Below, one piece after another: positions 38,426 to 47,942 of a stretch of 64,000 bases of DNA (position 1 is its first letter; each line of letters opens with the position of its first letter). The translations under genes and the position numbers were made by a program. The stretch spans positions 32,001 to 96,000 of the forward strand of contig JBBRUX010000004.1 of NCBI GenBank assembly GCA_038247415.1, in the 5' to 3' direction. This DNA comes from Chitinivibrionales bacterium (GTDB taxonomy: Bacteria; Fibrobacterota; Chitinivibrionia; Chitinivibrionales; WJKA01). The notes under the pieces are model-generated. The model was not told the DNA's origin. It saw only the letters and a program-made list of their open reading frames with translations, and searched no databases.

Positions 38426-40971
38426 TGTTTTCATCGTCCAAGAAAAAAGACCCCCTGCTGCTCGCAGAAGAAATCGAAACTAACCTGAATCAGATTCAGG
38501 AGCTTCTTGCGCGCGTTGTACAGGAAAAAGAAGCCTTTGAGAAAACGATGCAGCACCATCAAGGCGAAGTCCAACAAATCGAAGCACTCAAGCAAGAAAT
38601 TGCCGATCTCAAAGCTCACAACATTCGACCATCACAACATGCTTTAGGTGCCAATGCCGACATCGATGCGAGAGTATCATCGCTGGAGGCATCTCTTAAT
38701 GCACTTGCAGCTAAAGATACGCACCTTACCACCATGATTAACAAAGTAGAGGACGTTCTTAATCGCCTCGAAAAAGATGGCGCCAAAGGGCTCATTGCCG
38801 ATGCTGTAAAATCGCTTGATCAGATCGAAACCCGTCACCATAAGGTGTTTACAACACTCGAACGGCTCGAAAAAAAGGAGGCCTCTATTGCATCCTCTGT
38901 GGCACAGCTTTCGAGCACCTTATCGGATACGCAAGGCAACTTTGATACGGTCTCCCAAAAGCTGGCAAGTTTCGACGACGAAATGAATCAATTCAGATTG
39001 CTCAAAGATAAAATCGATAATCTCAATACACTTTCCGAATATGTTAAGAGCAAAATCAAGGCACTCGAAAACCAACGGGTTGTTGTTGAAAAAGCCAACG
39101 AAGAAGCAGGAAAACTGAACACCTTGACATGGAAAATAGATGCCGACCTTCGACATCTGGAAGATAAGGTTGTAAAGCTTGAGAAAACCGAGCGTAATAT
39201 CGAGCGTATTGGCACCATGCTCGAACAAAGCCAGATATCAGTTAACGAAATACGACAATTCCAGAAAATCATGGAACAAGCAGGAACAAAAATCGAAGAA
39301 ATTCGCATTCATGACGAAGAACTTTCCAAAAAGCTCAGTGAGTTTACTGCACAAAATAAACATATTAACGAAGTCAATGAACGCGCCCACGAAGTTCTTA
39401 CCGTTTCTAAAAATGCAGAAGCATTGCTTAATACTATTACCAAACACAAACAGATGCTCGAGAATAACCATGCTCAGGTTTTGGAATATGAAAAAAATCT
39501 CGAAAAAACCCGCATCAAAATCGACGAGCTCAACCAGGAATGGGCGATTATCGATACCATCAATCAGCGCATTGGATCGATTTCACAACGGCTGGATCAA
39601 ACCGACTCCCGAATCGACACCGTTACCAAAAGTCAAAAAACGATCGAAGCATTTGAAAAGAAACTTGCCGACATTCGGGATCTCATGGACGATATTACAG
39701 CGCGCGAAAAGGTTGTGCTTGCGCAGCGAGATAATGTTTCGCTGGCAGAAACAAGCATGGCATCATTTGTTGAAAGCGTTGCGCATCTGGAACGTAAGAC
39801 TTCTGAATTATCACTTCACGAACAGCAGGTTCTTGCAGTTGCGCGCAAAATAGATGAACTCACCGTGCTTGCAGCAAAAACATCTGAGCAGATTGCGCAG
39901 ACCGAAGAAAAAGCGCGTATTATTGTGGCTGTCGAAAAACAAATCGGCAACCTTGGTTCCATGGTCGACCAAATAGACGAACGGATCGATGCTCAATTGC
40001 AGCGTAAAGCAATGATTGAAACTACCGAAAAACGACTGGATCAGCTCAACTATCTTCTTGGCGATATCAATATGAAAATCCAGAGCCTGCAACGCGATCA
40101 AAAAATTGTTGAAGATGTCAGCCAACAAATATCTTCCATTTCAGTGCAATCACTGGAAGCCAAAGAAATGATGAAGCGCTTGGCCGAAGAAAAGCAAGCT
40201 CTTTTACACGAAGAGAATCGTATTCTTGAAATGCGCAAAAACCTCGAATCACTGCAAACAGAGTCAACCAGTATCCTTAATGGTTTTAGTGCCACGATTT
40301 CCGAAAGCAAAGAAACATTCTCTATTCATACCGCCCAGTTTAAATCGGTACTAGATGAGAATAACCAACAGATTAAAACCATCGAAAAATATCGAGGGGA
40401 TATTGCCAAAGCGGCGGACCAACTTAAGGATGTCGAAAAGGCACTCGATGCATTGCGTGCCGAAATGGAACTCATTGGTAGACGGGCAAATAAAATAGAA
40501 GCTATCGATACCCGTATTGAAAATGTGAATACGATTGTAGCAGATATGGAAATTAGAATAGAATCTATCGATAAAGATCGGGAAATGGTTAATACCACCC
40601 AGAAGAAAATCGATACGCTTAATTCAGTTGCAGACTCGGTTGATCGCCAAATCGAAACTATTAACATCCGTGGCCAGGAGATCGAATCGGTAGGTCGACA
40701 GGTCGACACGCTCGCCACAGTTATGGATGATGTTGAATCCCGTATGCGTTCACTGGCGCGAGAAAAACAGGTCATCAAAGATGGCGAAAACCGAATCAAT
40801 ACACTCTCGTTGCTCATGGAAGATATTAAGGCACAAATTGGAAATCTTAGTTCCGAAAGCCAACGAATTCAGGATGCAATCGAAAAGACATCGGAACTTC
40901 GATTCCTTCTTGGTGAAGTTGAATCAAAACTCAACCTCTTTAGGCTCGAAAAAGAAAAGCTGAGTAAATGA
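38422..40971 (+). CDS. cytoplasmic long coiled-coil protein with 31-residue periodicity, 849 aa
   Basis: GAGGAG RBS; ATGA overlaps with both neighbours; E/K/Q/I/L-rich, essentially Pro-free after the N-terminal part; no TM segment, signal peptide or Walker motif. Confidence 0.85.
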   Translation: MMFSSSKKKDPLLLAEEIETNLNQIQELLARVVQEKEAFEKTMQHHQGEVQQIEALKQEIADLKAHNIRPSQHALGANADIDARVSSLEASLNALAAKDTHLTTMINKVEDVLNRLEKDGAKGLIADAVKSLDQIETRHHKVFTTLERLEKKEASIASSVAQLSSTLSDTQGNFDTVSQKLASFDDEMNQFRLLKDKIDNLNTLSEYVKSKIKALENQRVVVEKANEEAGKLNTLTWKIDADLRHLEDKVVKLEKTERNIERIGTMLEQSQISVNEIRQFQKIMEQAGTKIEEIRIHDEELSKKLSEFTAQNKHINEVNERAHEVLTVSKNAEALLNTITKHKQMLENNHAQVLEYEKNLEKTRIKIDELNQEWAIIDTINQRIGSISQRLDQTDSRIDTVTKSQKTIEAFEKKLADIRDLMDDITAREKVVLAQRDNVSLAETSMASFVESVAHLERKTSELSLHEQQVLAVARKIDELTVLAAKTSEQIAQTEEKARIIVAVEKQIGNLGSMVDQIDERIDAQLQRKAMIETTEKRLDQLNYLLGDINMKIQSLQRDQKIVEDVSQQISSISVQSLEAKEMMKRLAEEKQALLHEENRILEMRKNLESLQTESTSILNGFSATISESKETFSIHTAQFKSVLDENNQQIKTIEKYRGDIAKAADQLKDVEKALDALRAEMELIGRRANKIEAIDTRIENVNTIVADMEIRIESIDKDREMVNTTQKKIDTLNSVADSVDRQIETINIRGQEIESVGRQVDTLATVMDDVESRMRSLAREKQVIKDGENRINTLSLLMEDIKAQIGNLSSESQRIQDAIEKTSELRFLLGEVESKLNLFRLEKEKLSK
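38911..40968 (+). repeat. 31-aa (93-nt) degenerate tandem repeat, about 21 units in two blocks
   Basis: Examples: EKQIGNLGSMVDQIDERIDAQLQRKAMIETT / EKRLDQLNYLLGDINMKIQSLQRDQKIVEDV / QKKIDTLNSVADSVDRQIETINIRGQEIESV / GRQVDTLATVMDDVESRMRSLAREKQVIKDG. Hydrophobic residues at positions 4,7,11,14,18,21,28,31. Confidence 0.8.
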
Positions 40972-43124
40972 CCGACCTGCTGACAGATTGCTTTACAGAC
41001 CAGATTCGCGAGATTAACCCTCGTCTTAATCTTGATCTCATCGAAAAGGCGTATAAGCTTTCGCTGTCAGCTCACAAAGATCAAAAGAGAAAATCGGGCG
41101 AGCCGTATATCCGCCACCCTATGGCAGTTGCAATTATCCTTGCCGAACAAAAGCTCGATTCAGTTACCATTGCCGCAGCCCTGCTTCACGACGTTCTCGA
41201 AGATACGCCCATAACACTTGCACGCCTTATCGAGGATTTTGGCGAAGAAATTGCCCAGCTCGTTGACGGCGTGACTAAAATTCGTACATTCGAAATCAAA
41301 AACCGCGAAGAACGACAAGCCGAAACATACCGAAAAATGCTCCTGTCGATGGCCAAAGATATCCGGGTCATTATCATAAAATTTGCCGATCGCCTTCACA
41401 ATTTAAGAACCCTCGATGCGCTCTCGCCGGAACGTATTGCCGCAATAGCAAGCGAAACACTCGATATTTATGCCCCTCTCGCCCACCGTCTTGGTATGGC
41501 AAAAATCAAATGGGAACTCGAGGACCTTGCTTTTAAATACCTTTACCCCGAAGATTATAAAAATGTTGTTGCCAAAGTAGTAGGAAGTCGAAATGAGCGC
41601 GAAAAACTTATCGACTCCTTTACTATTCCGCTTCGCCAAAAAGTTGCATCAGAAAATATTACCGCAACAATTATTGGACGGCCAAAGCATTTTTACAGCA
41701 TTTATCGCAAAATGGCCAATGCAACAAAGAGCTTCGAAGAAATTTACGACTTGCTGGCCATTCGCGTTATTACAAGCGATCTGCGCGCGTGCTATGCGAT
41801 TCTTGGCCTTGTGCATTCACTCTGGAAACCAATTGCCGATCGATTTAAAGATTATATCAGTATGCCAAAATCAAATGGATACCAATCGTTACATACAACC
41901 GTTGTAGGCGATAGCGGTAACATTGTTGAAATACAAATAAGAACGTGGGAAATGAACCAAGTTGCCGAAGACGGCATCGCAGCGCATTGGCTTTACAAAG
42001 AAGGCGAAAACAGTGGTTTTTCTACCGACGACCACCAACTTGCATGGCTTAAAAACCTGATCGAATGGCAAAAAGACCTCACCGATTCTGCAGAATTTGT
42101 TGAATTTTTTAAAATCGACCTTTACCATGCGGAGATATTTGTTTTTACCCCTAAGGGCGACCTTATTTCGCTTCCCAAGGGTGCCACGGTGTTAGATTTT
42201 GCCTTCGCTGTGCATACCGACCTTGGAATTCATTGTGTTGGAGCAAAAGTAGATGGCAAGATCGAGCCACTCAACACCCTCCTGCGCAGCGGCTTTACCG
42301 TTGACATTTTGCATAGCAATTCAAAGACTCCTTCAATCGACTGGCTTACCGATGTTCACACACCAAAAGGCAGATCTGCTTTACGGCGATGGTTTAAAAA
42401 TACCGGAAAGCGTGAATCGATTGATCTTGGCAAGAAGATTTTGCGGTCTCATTTCAACAAGCTGCACTTAGCCTCTCCTTTTTCGGAATTTGTGCCAACG
42501 CTCCTCTCGTCTCTGGGGATAAATCATCTCGAACGGCTGTATGAGCTTATTGGCAATGGAGAATTACCCGTTGCGCGCGTAATGCGGTATCTCAACGAAC
42601 ATCGCAAGCATCAATCGATGCCATCGCGCGTGGTTTCTAAAATTGTCAATTCTATTCGACCTAAAAGCCCTGGAATTATTGTTGGAGATACCGATAATGT
42701 CATGGTTCGATTCGCGAATTGCTGCAATCCGATTCCTGGCGATCCCATAACCGGATTTGTTACACGCGGCCGTGGCATTGTGGTCCATCACGCCGATTGC
42801 CCTAATTTAGCCTATATCTCGCGTGATGAAGAACGGCTTATGAGCGTATCATGGGATGACCATCACGATCGTCAATATTTTGTTTCTTTGGAAATTCTGG
42901 CAACCGATAGGTCTGGACTTTTGCACGATGTTACGGGAGTATTTAGTAATTTTGGAGCAGATGTAATAGATGGGTCACTTACTACTGTGCGGGATCAGGT
43001 TCGCAATATTTTTAAGCTCAAAATACAAAATAAGAATCAACTTAAGCAGATTATAGATCGGCTACAAAAAATCAAAGGCATCGAAAAAGTTACCCGCACC
43101 CGTGACGCCGGATACGGGAAATAA
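40968..43124 (+). CDS. rel: bifunctional (p)ppGpp synthetase/hydrolase (long RSH)
   Basis: RKSGEPY..HP, LLHDVLED hydrolase, ADRLHN, GRPK..YSI, RFKDY, YQSLHT, EIQIRT; TGS (FVFTPKG), CC.P.PGD, ACT domain. Confidence 0.96.
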   Translation: MTDLLTDCFTDQIREINPRLNLDLIEKAYKLSLSAHKDQKRKSGEPYIRHPMAVAIILAEQKLDSVTIAAALLHDVLEDTPITLARLIEDFGEEIAQLVDGVTKIRTFEIKNREERQAETYRKMLLSMAKDIRVIIIKFADRLHNLRTLDALSPERIAAIASETLDIYAPLAHRLGMAKIKWELEDLAFKYLYPEDYKNVVAKVVGSRNEREKLIDSFTIPLRQKVASENITATIIGRPKHFYSIYRKMANATKSFEEIYDLLAIRVITSDLRACYAILGLVHSLWKPIADRFKDYISMPKSNGYQSLHTTVVGDSGNIVEIQIRTWEMNQVAEDGIAAHWLYKEGENSGFSTDDHQLAWLKNLIEWQKDLTDSAEFVEFFKIDLYHAEIFVFTPKGDLISLPKGATVLDFAFAVHTDLGIHCVGAKVDGKIEPLNTLLRSGFTVDILHSNSKTPSIDWLTDVHTPKGRSALRRWFKNTGKRESIDLGKKILRSHFNKLHLASPFSEFVPTLLSSLGINHLERLYELIGNGELPVARVMRYLNEHRKHQSMPSRVVSKIVNSIRPKSPGIIVGDTDNVMVRFANCCNPIPGDPITGFVTRGRGIVVHHADCPNLAYISRDEERLMSVSWDDHHDRQYFVSLEILATDRSGLLHDVTGVFSNFGADVIDGSLTTVRDQVRNIFKLKIQNKNQLKQIIDRLQKIKGIEKVTRTRDAGYGK

Positions 43125-43173
43125 ACACATCAGTTTTAGGCATAACCACAAAAAGCATGCGTGATTTCTAATG

Positions 43174-43725
43174 CTACTCCGTAAAGGGGGTTACAAAATC
43201 TTTAAAAAAGCTGAGCTTGCTATCTTTTTCAGATAGAATTGGTTGCACAACCGGCCAGACAATTCCTAAATCGGGATCATTCCATCGGAGCCCACTATCA
43301 CACTCTGCCGAATAGAGAGCATCTGTTTTATACACAACTTCTGTTCGCTCTGTGAGTGTACAAAAGCTATGAGCAAAACCAGCAGGAACAAATACCATTT
43401 TAAAATTTTCCGATGTTAATTCAAACCCTTCCCACATCCCATAGGTTGGAGAATTTCTTCGCAGATCCACAATAACATCGTATATTGCCCCTTGTATAAC
43501 CCGAATAAGCTTTGCTTGTGCGTGCGGCGGCTTTTGGAAATGAAGCCCTCGTACAACTCCAATCCCAAGCGAAAGAGAATGATTGTCCTGCACAAAACAC
43601 GCAGAAATTCCCTCTGCTGCAAACGCCCGGAGGGAATACGACTCAAGAAAAAATCCGCGATTATCACGAAAGACCCGCGGTTCTAGAATGCATGCATCTT
43701 TAAGCTTAGAATCTATTCGCTCCAT
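43174..43725 (-). CDS. rmlC: dTDP-4-dehydrorhamnose 3,5-epimerase
   Basis: F.D.RGFF.ES, VQDNHS.S..GVVRGLHFQ, DLR..SPTYG.W, P.GFAH, WNDP, LSEKD. Confidence 0.96.
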   Translation of the reverse strand: MERIDSKLKDACILEPRVFRDNRGFFLESYSLRAFAAEGISACFVQDNHSLSLGIGVVRGLHFQKPPHAQAKLIRVIQGAIYDVIVDLRRNSPTYGMWEGFELTSENFKMVFVPAGFAHSFCTLTERTEVVYKTDALYSAECDSGLRWNDPDLGIVWPVVQPILSEKDSKLSFFKDFVTPFTE

Positions 43726-43737
43726 AAAAAGTTCCTT

Positions 43738-44604
43738 TTATTCAGAAGCTAACCGTATAAGGTATTGTCCATAGGTATTTTTTTTCATTGGTTCTGCAAG
43801 TGCAAGAAGTTCTTCTTTTGATATATAGCCTAAACGAAAGGAAATTTCTTCTGGGCAGCTTACTTTAAGTCCTTGACGTTCCTGGATAGTCTCAACAAAT
43901 ACTGCAGCCTGCAACATCGATTCACATGTTCCGGTGTCGAGCCAGGCAATACCCCGCCCTAAAAGCGTCACGCTTAATTCGTTGTTACGCAAATAAATTG
44001 CGTTGAGATCGGTAATTTCTAGCTCTCCCCGTGGAGAGGGCGCCAAATTCGCAGCATACTCAACAACGCGATTATCATAAAAATAAAGGCCTGTTACAGC
44101 ATAGTTAGACTTTGGTTCTGCAGGCTTTTCTTCCAAGCGGATAGCCTTGCCACTTTTGTCAAGTTCCACAACGCCGTATCGTTGTGGATCATGTACCCAA
44201 TATCCAAACACTGTAGCGCCCGTTTTAATTTCGGCCGCGCGTACAAGGTCTTTAACCAGATCATGTCCCCAGAAAATATTATCGCCAAGAACAAGTGCTA
44301 CAGAATCTGCGCCAACAAACTCTTTACCAATAATAAATGCCTGAGCAAGCCCTTCGGGTTTTGGCTGTATTGCAAAGGTAAACGAAAGCCCCCATTGAGA
44401 GCCATCAGAAAGAAGGCGTTTAAATGCTGCAGAATCTTCTGGTGTTGTAATAATAAGCATTTCTCGAATACCCGCGAGCATCAAAATCGAGAGGGGATAA
44501 TAAATCATGGGCTTATCGTACACGGGAACCAATTGTTTGCTCACCGCTTTTGTCATTGGGTAGAGCCGGGTTCCGGAACCACCTGCCAAAATAATACCTT
44601 TCAT
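43738..44604 (-). CDS. rmlA: glucose-1-phosphate thymidylyltransferase
   Basis: [53 protein letters not shown]. Confidence 0.97.
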   Translation of the reverse strand: MKGIILAGGSGTRLYPMTKAVSKQLVPVYDKPMIYYPLSILMLAGIREMLIITTPEDSAAFKRLLSDGSQWGLSFTFAIQPKPEGLAQAFIIGKEFVGADSVALVLGDNIFWGHDLVKDLVRAAEIKTGATVFGYWVHDPQRYGVVELDKSGKAIRLEEKPAEPKSNYAVTGLYFYDNRVVEYAANLAPSPRGELEITDLNAIYLRNNELSVTLLGRGIAWLDTGTCESMLQAAVFVETIQERQGLKVSCPEEISFRLGYISKEELLALAEPMKKNTYGQYLIRLASE

Positions 44605-44753
44605 ACCGATAGATTCCTCTCTGAGTAGCGGATACTAAAAACATCTCCTAGAATGCAGTTATTAGTATAAAATAGTTTTGCGCCTACATTCTCATTACAT
44701 TCCTTCGCCCTTTTTAGAAATTCGGCTTAGGCGCAATGAACTATTTTTAATTC

Positions 44754-45689
44754 ATGGAACAGGACGCTCTGCACACCAATCCGTTTCCCGGTGAAATCGG
44801 CACAGCGATATACGGTTTTATCAACTACCTTCAAAAACAACGAATGTATTCTCCTCATACTATTGTTGCTTATACCCACGATCTAACTAACTTTTGCACG
44901 TTTGGTACAAAGAACACCTCCTCCACAGCCCTTGCCCCAATCATGACGCGAGGTATTCTGCGCGCCTTTACCTACTCCCTCAATGAAGAAGGCCTTAAAC
45001 CCAGAACAATCTCTCGATCCGTTGCAGCGCTCAAATCTTTTTCCAAATACTGTGTTCGCAACAAGCTCCTCGCGGCCGATGTCGGCAAAACCATAGTTTC
45101 TCCAAAACTTGACAAACCACTGCCAGTATTTCTCAGCGAGCAGCAAACAAATGGCCTTAACCACACGGCTTGCGCCGATCCTGAATCGCTGCGCAATAAC
45201 ACCATAGTAGAACTCTTTTATGGCACAGGCATGCGGCTTTCGGAACTGCATGCGCTTAATGCAAATACCATCGACTGCAACCGCAATCTGGTTCGAGTGC
45301 GTGGCAAAGGAAACAAAGAACGGATTATCCCGGTAACACAAACTGCCATCGACCTCCTTACGACATATCTTGCGCATTGCCGAGGAACTGGCGCTCCAGC
45401 AGATGCCCTGTTTATAAACAAACAGGGCCAAAGAATTTCAAAACGCCAGATAGAGCGAATTGTAGCGTCATCTCTTTCCAGTGTAAGCTCAAACAAAAAA
45501 CGCAGCCCGCACGTGTTACGACACACCTTTGCCACCCATTTGCTCGATCACGGCGCCGATATACGTGCCGTCAAAGAGCTTTTAGGGCACGCGTCGCTTG
45601 CAACAACACAAATTTATACTCATATTTCAAAAGAGCACCTTAAAAAAACCTACGAACGCGCTCATCCGCGTGCAGAATTATTGCCATAA
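44754..45689 (+). CDS. xerC: tyrosine recombinase XerC
   Basis: S.HT..AY..DL, K.LP.FL, ELFYGTGMRLSEL, GKGNKER, SPHVLRHTFATHLL..GADIRAVKELLGHASLATTQIYTH...Y..AHPRA. Confidence 0.88.
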   Translation: MEQDALHTNPFPGEIGTAIYGFINYLQKQRMYSPHTIVAYTHDLTNFCTFGTKNTSSTALAPIMTRGILRAFTYSLNEEGLKPRTISRSVAALKSFSKYCVRNKLLAADVGKTIVSPKLDKPLPVFLSEQQTNGLNHTACADPESLRNNTIVELFYGTGMRLSELHALNANTIDCNRNLVRVRGKGNKERIIPVTQTAIDLLTTYLAHCRGTGAPADALFINKQGQRISKRQIERIVASSLSSVSSNKKRSPHVLRHTFATHLLDHGADIRAVKELLGHASLATTQIYTHISKEHLKKTYERAHPRAELLP

Positions 45690-45836
45690 ACCGCATAAAC
45701 GAACACTACAATGAATTTTGTTCGTAGCGGGATCCAAGTGAAATCACAAGAATACACTTCCGGTTATTTTAGCTAGAGAAACCCCAGAGGATGTGGTACA
45801 TTATATACAGAAGCCATGATAGTGTAGTTGATTCTA

Positions 45837-45874
45837 GGGAGCGTTTCAAGGTCGAAGAAACGTTCCCCTTTTTT
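45837..45874 (+). terminator. intrinsic terminator between xerC and the TIGR02147 gene
   Basis: GGGAGCGTTTC/GAAACGTTCCC 11-bp stem (one G-U) followed by CTTTTTT. Confidence 0.7.
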
Positions 45875-45909
45875 AAAACAGGCTCTACCTAAAGAAACCA
45901 GATCTTATT

Positions 45910-46755
45910 ATGAATATTTCCATTTTCACCTATACCGATTATCGTATTTTCCTAGCGGCTGCGTTTGATGAGCACAAGCAGAAATCTCCCTTTTATTCGT
46001 ATCGTCTTTTTTCTCAAAAAGCTGGTTTTGCATCACCTAATTTTCTAAAACTGGTGATTGATGCAAAACGCAATCTAACGAAAGAGAGCGTTTTTAAATG
46101 TGCCAAGGCGTTGGGTCTTGGACGCAAAGAAGCAGACTACTTTGAAAACTTAGTATTTTATTGTCAGAGTAAAACAGACGAAGAAAAAAAATCGTACTGG
46201 TCAAGACTTGTACGGTTTAGAGAAAGTAAATCTGCCAAAAAAATAGAAGTAGCAGAATACAATTATTACTCTTTTTGGTACAACCCTGTAATACGTGAAC
46301 TGGTAACCATGTGCGATTTTGGTGACGATTACAAAAAGCTTGGCCATGCGGTTCTACCGGCAATTAGCGCCCTTGAGGCAGAACGCAGTGTAGCCCTTTT
46401 GTGTAAACTTGGATTCATCTCTAAAGGTGAAGATACCCGTTATCATCTCACAGATCCAACGCTTACCACAGGACCACAAGCTCCCTCACCTTCAATTGCG
46501 GCTTACCATCGCACGATGCTTGCAAAAGCTGCAGAATCTATCGATAGAACTCCTTCTCACTTGCGCGATATTACCAGTGTAACGGTGGGGATATCGCCCA
46601 ATTCCATGAAGGCCATGACCGAACGCGTACGACAATTCCGCGCAGAAATGCTTGAAATAGCAGAAAATGATGCCAATCCCACTCAAATGATTCAGTTCAA
46701 TTTCCAGCTTTTTCCCGTTTCAGAAACAATCGCTTTGACAGAGGATCGCACATGA
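45910..46755 (+). CDS. TIGR02147 family protein (HTH + DUF4423)
   Basis: IF.Y.DYR.FL...F...K...P.YSYR.FS.KAGF.SPNFLKLVI..KRNL...YF..LV; W.NPVIREL; RDIT..T; IQFNFQLFPVS. Confidence 0.9.
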   Translation: MNISIFTYTDYRIFLAAAFDEHKQKSPFYSYRLFSQKAGFASPNFLKLVIDAKRNLTKESVFKCAKALGLGRKEADYFENLVFYCQSKTDEEKKSYWSRLVRFRESKSAKKIEVAEYNYYSFWYNPVIRELVTMCDFGDDYKKLGHAVLPAISALEAERSVALLCKLGFISKGEDTRYHLTDPTLTTGPQAPSPSIAAYHRTMLAKAAESIDRTPSHLRDITSVTVGISPNSMKAMTERVRQFRAEMLEIAENDANPTQMIQFNFQLFPVSETIALTEDRT

Positions 46756-47930
46756 AGCGCATAACGCTCATCGCGCTGTGCGTGGGAAGCATCCTCGTTT
46801 ATCTAGGACTACTAAGCGGTTGCACACAAACGGTTGGTACCGAAACTGGCAATCCAATTGTTATAGCTACGGCTATGGCATCCCAAACTCAGCTCGCTCT
46901 TGACGTTGGTGAATATTGGCATCCAACATCGTTTGTCTCGCCGTTAAACGACCTCACGGGCATGAAAAAATCGTTAGCATCTTCACCCGACTCGGTACAC
47001 CTTGGTGATAGTATGCTTGTGATAATAGCACTTATTTCTAAAACAGACACCTCCTTTTCTCATATACCTCAATGGGTCTCTCGCGACACCATTATTTCAT
47101 TTAGTAAACTTGACACATTCTGCGAGGTGCGCAATGCTCAAAGAATATGTTCAATCGATTCGCTTTTCTCGCTCGATACGATCACCACAACATTCGATAC
47201 TGCACGCACCGACACCATTCTGAACTCTTACAGTATTAAAACTATTAGCATCTTAACAAAATGCAATAATCAATGGGGCAAAAACACTCAAATAGATTCA
47301 ACCATCTACGAGAATGGGCAGCGTATACAGAGCGGATATATCACCTATGACCCTTGCTCGAATGTCGTCGTCGCTAGGGCAGATGGGCAAAAAAATGTAG
47401 GGGCTCCCATTGTTGGGCAACTAAGTTTAAAGCCGTTCAACTACATCTATATTACTCCAGAGTTCACCAATTTCGGATCCCGCATAACAACCATTAATAA
47501 CATTGTTGTGGAAAAAATATCGTTTACTAAAACAGATTCTCTGTTGAATATATATCAAATTTTCCCATCTCCGCTGGACAGCATACAATCGCGTACTGTT
47601 GGATTTATTCTGGATGCTGGGCAAAACCTCTCTTCCCCATCGGATGACCAACTTTTTCGCATCAAACGCAGGGTCGATTTTCGTTCTGGCCCGCTTAAAA
47701 GCCTGGGATGCATGCTCAGCTTCGATGAAACCACGAGGGTGAAAGGTTTGGCAACACCTAAAAGAGCTATTGCCGAAGTTGAAGTAATCGACACAAGTGA
47801 CAATGTAGGATCATTCTACGGTGTAGTAGACGTTCTTGCCGGCCTTCATGGACAGCTTTTGTGGAATTTTAAGAAATATCAAATCGATGTCGATACTAAT
47901 GGGTTTGCTGACATCGTAGAAATTAAATGA
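46752..47930 (+). CDS. hypothetical lipoprotein
   Basis: Lipobox LSG-C followed by GTETGNP; ATGA overlap with the TIGR02147 gene; beta-rich. Confidence 0.8.
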   Translation: MKRITLIALCVGSILVYLGLLSGCTQTVGTETGNPIVIATAMASQTQLALDVGEYWHPTSFVSPLNDLTGMKKSLASSPDSVHLGDSMLVIIALISKTDTSFSHIPQWVSRDTIISFSKLDTFCEVRNAQRICSIDSLFSLDTITTTFDTARTDTILNSYSIKTISILTKCNNQWGKNTQIDSTIYENGQRIQSGYITYDPCSNVVVARADGQKNVGAPIVGQLSLKPFNYIYITPEFTNFGSRITTINNIVVEKISFTKTDSLLNIYQIFPSPLDSIQSRTVGFILDAGQNLSSPSDDQLFRIKRRVDFRSGPLKSLGCMLSFDETTRVKGLATPKRAIAEVEVIDTSDNVGSFYGVVDVLAGLHGQLLWNFKKYQIDVDTNGFADIVEIK

Positions 47931-47942
47931 TATACTTTCTAA

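Noticed and set aside
38422..40971. SMC/SbcC, MCP or phage tape-measure identity for the coiled coil
   Set aside because: No Walker A/B or hinge, no MCP hairpin motif, no TM segments, no phage genes nearby.
44754..45689. Tyrosine recombinase as a prophage, ICE or integron integrase
   Set aside because: Size and motifs are those of housekeeping XerC; no IntI insertion, att repeats, tRNA target or cargo genes.
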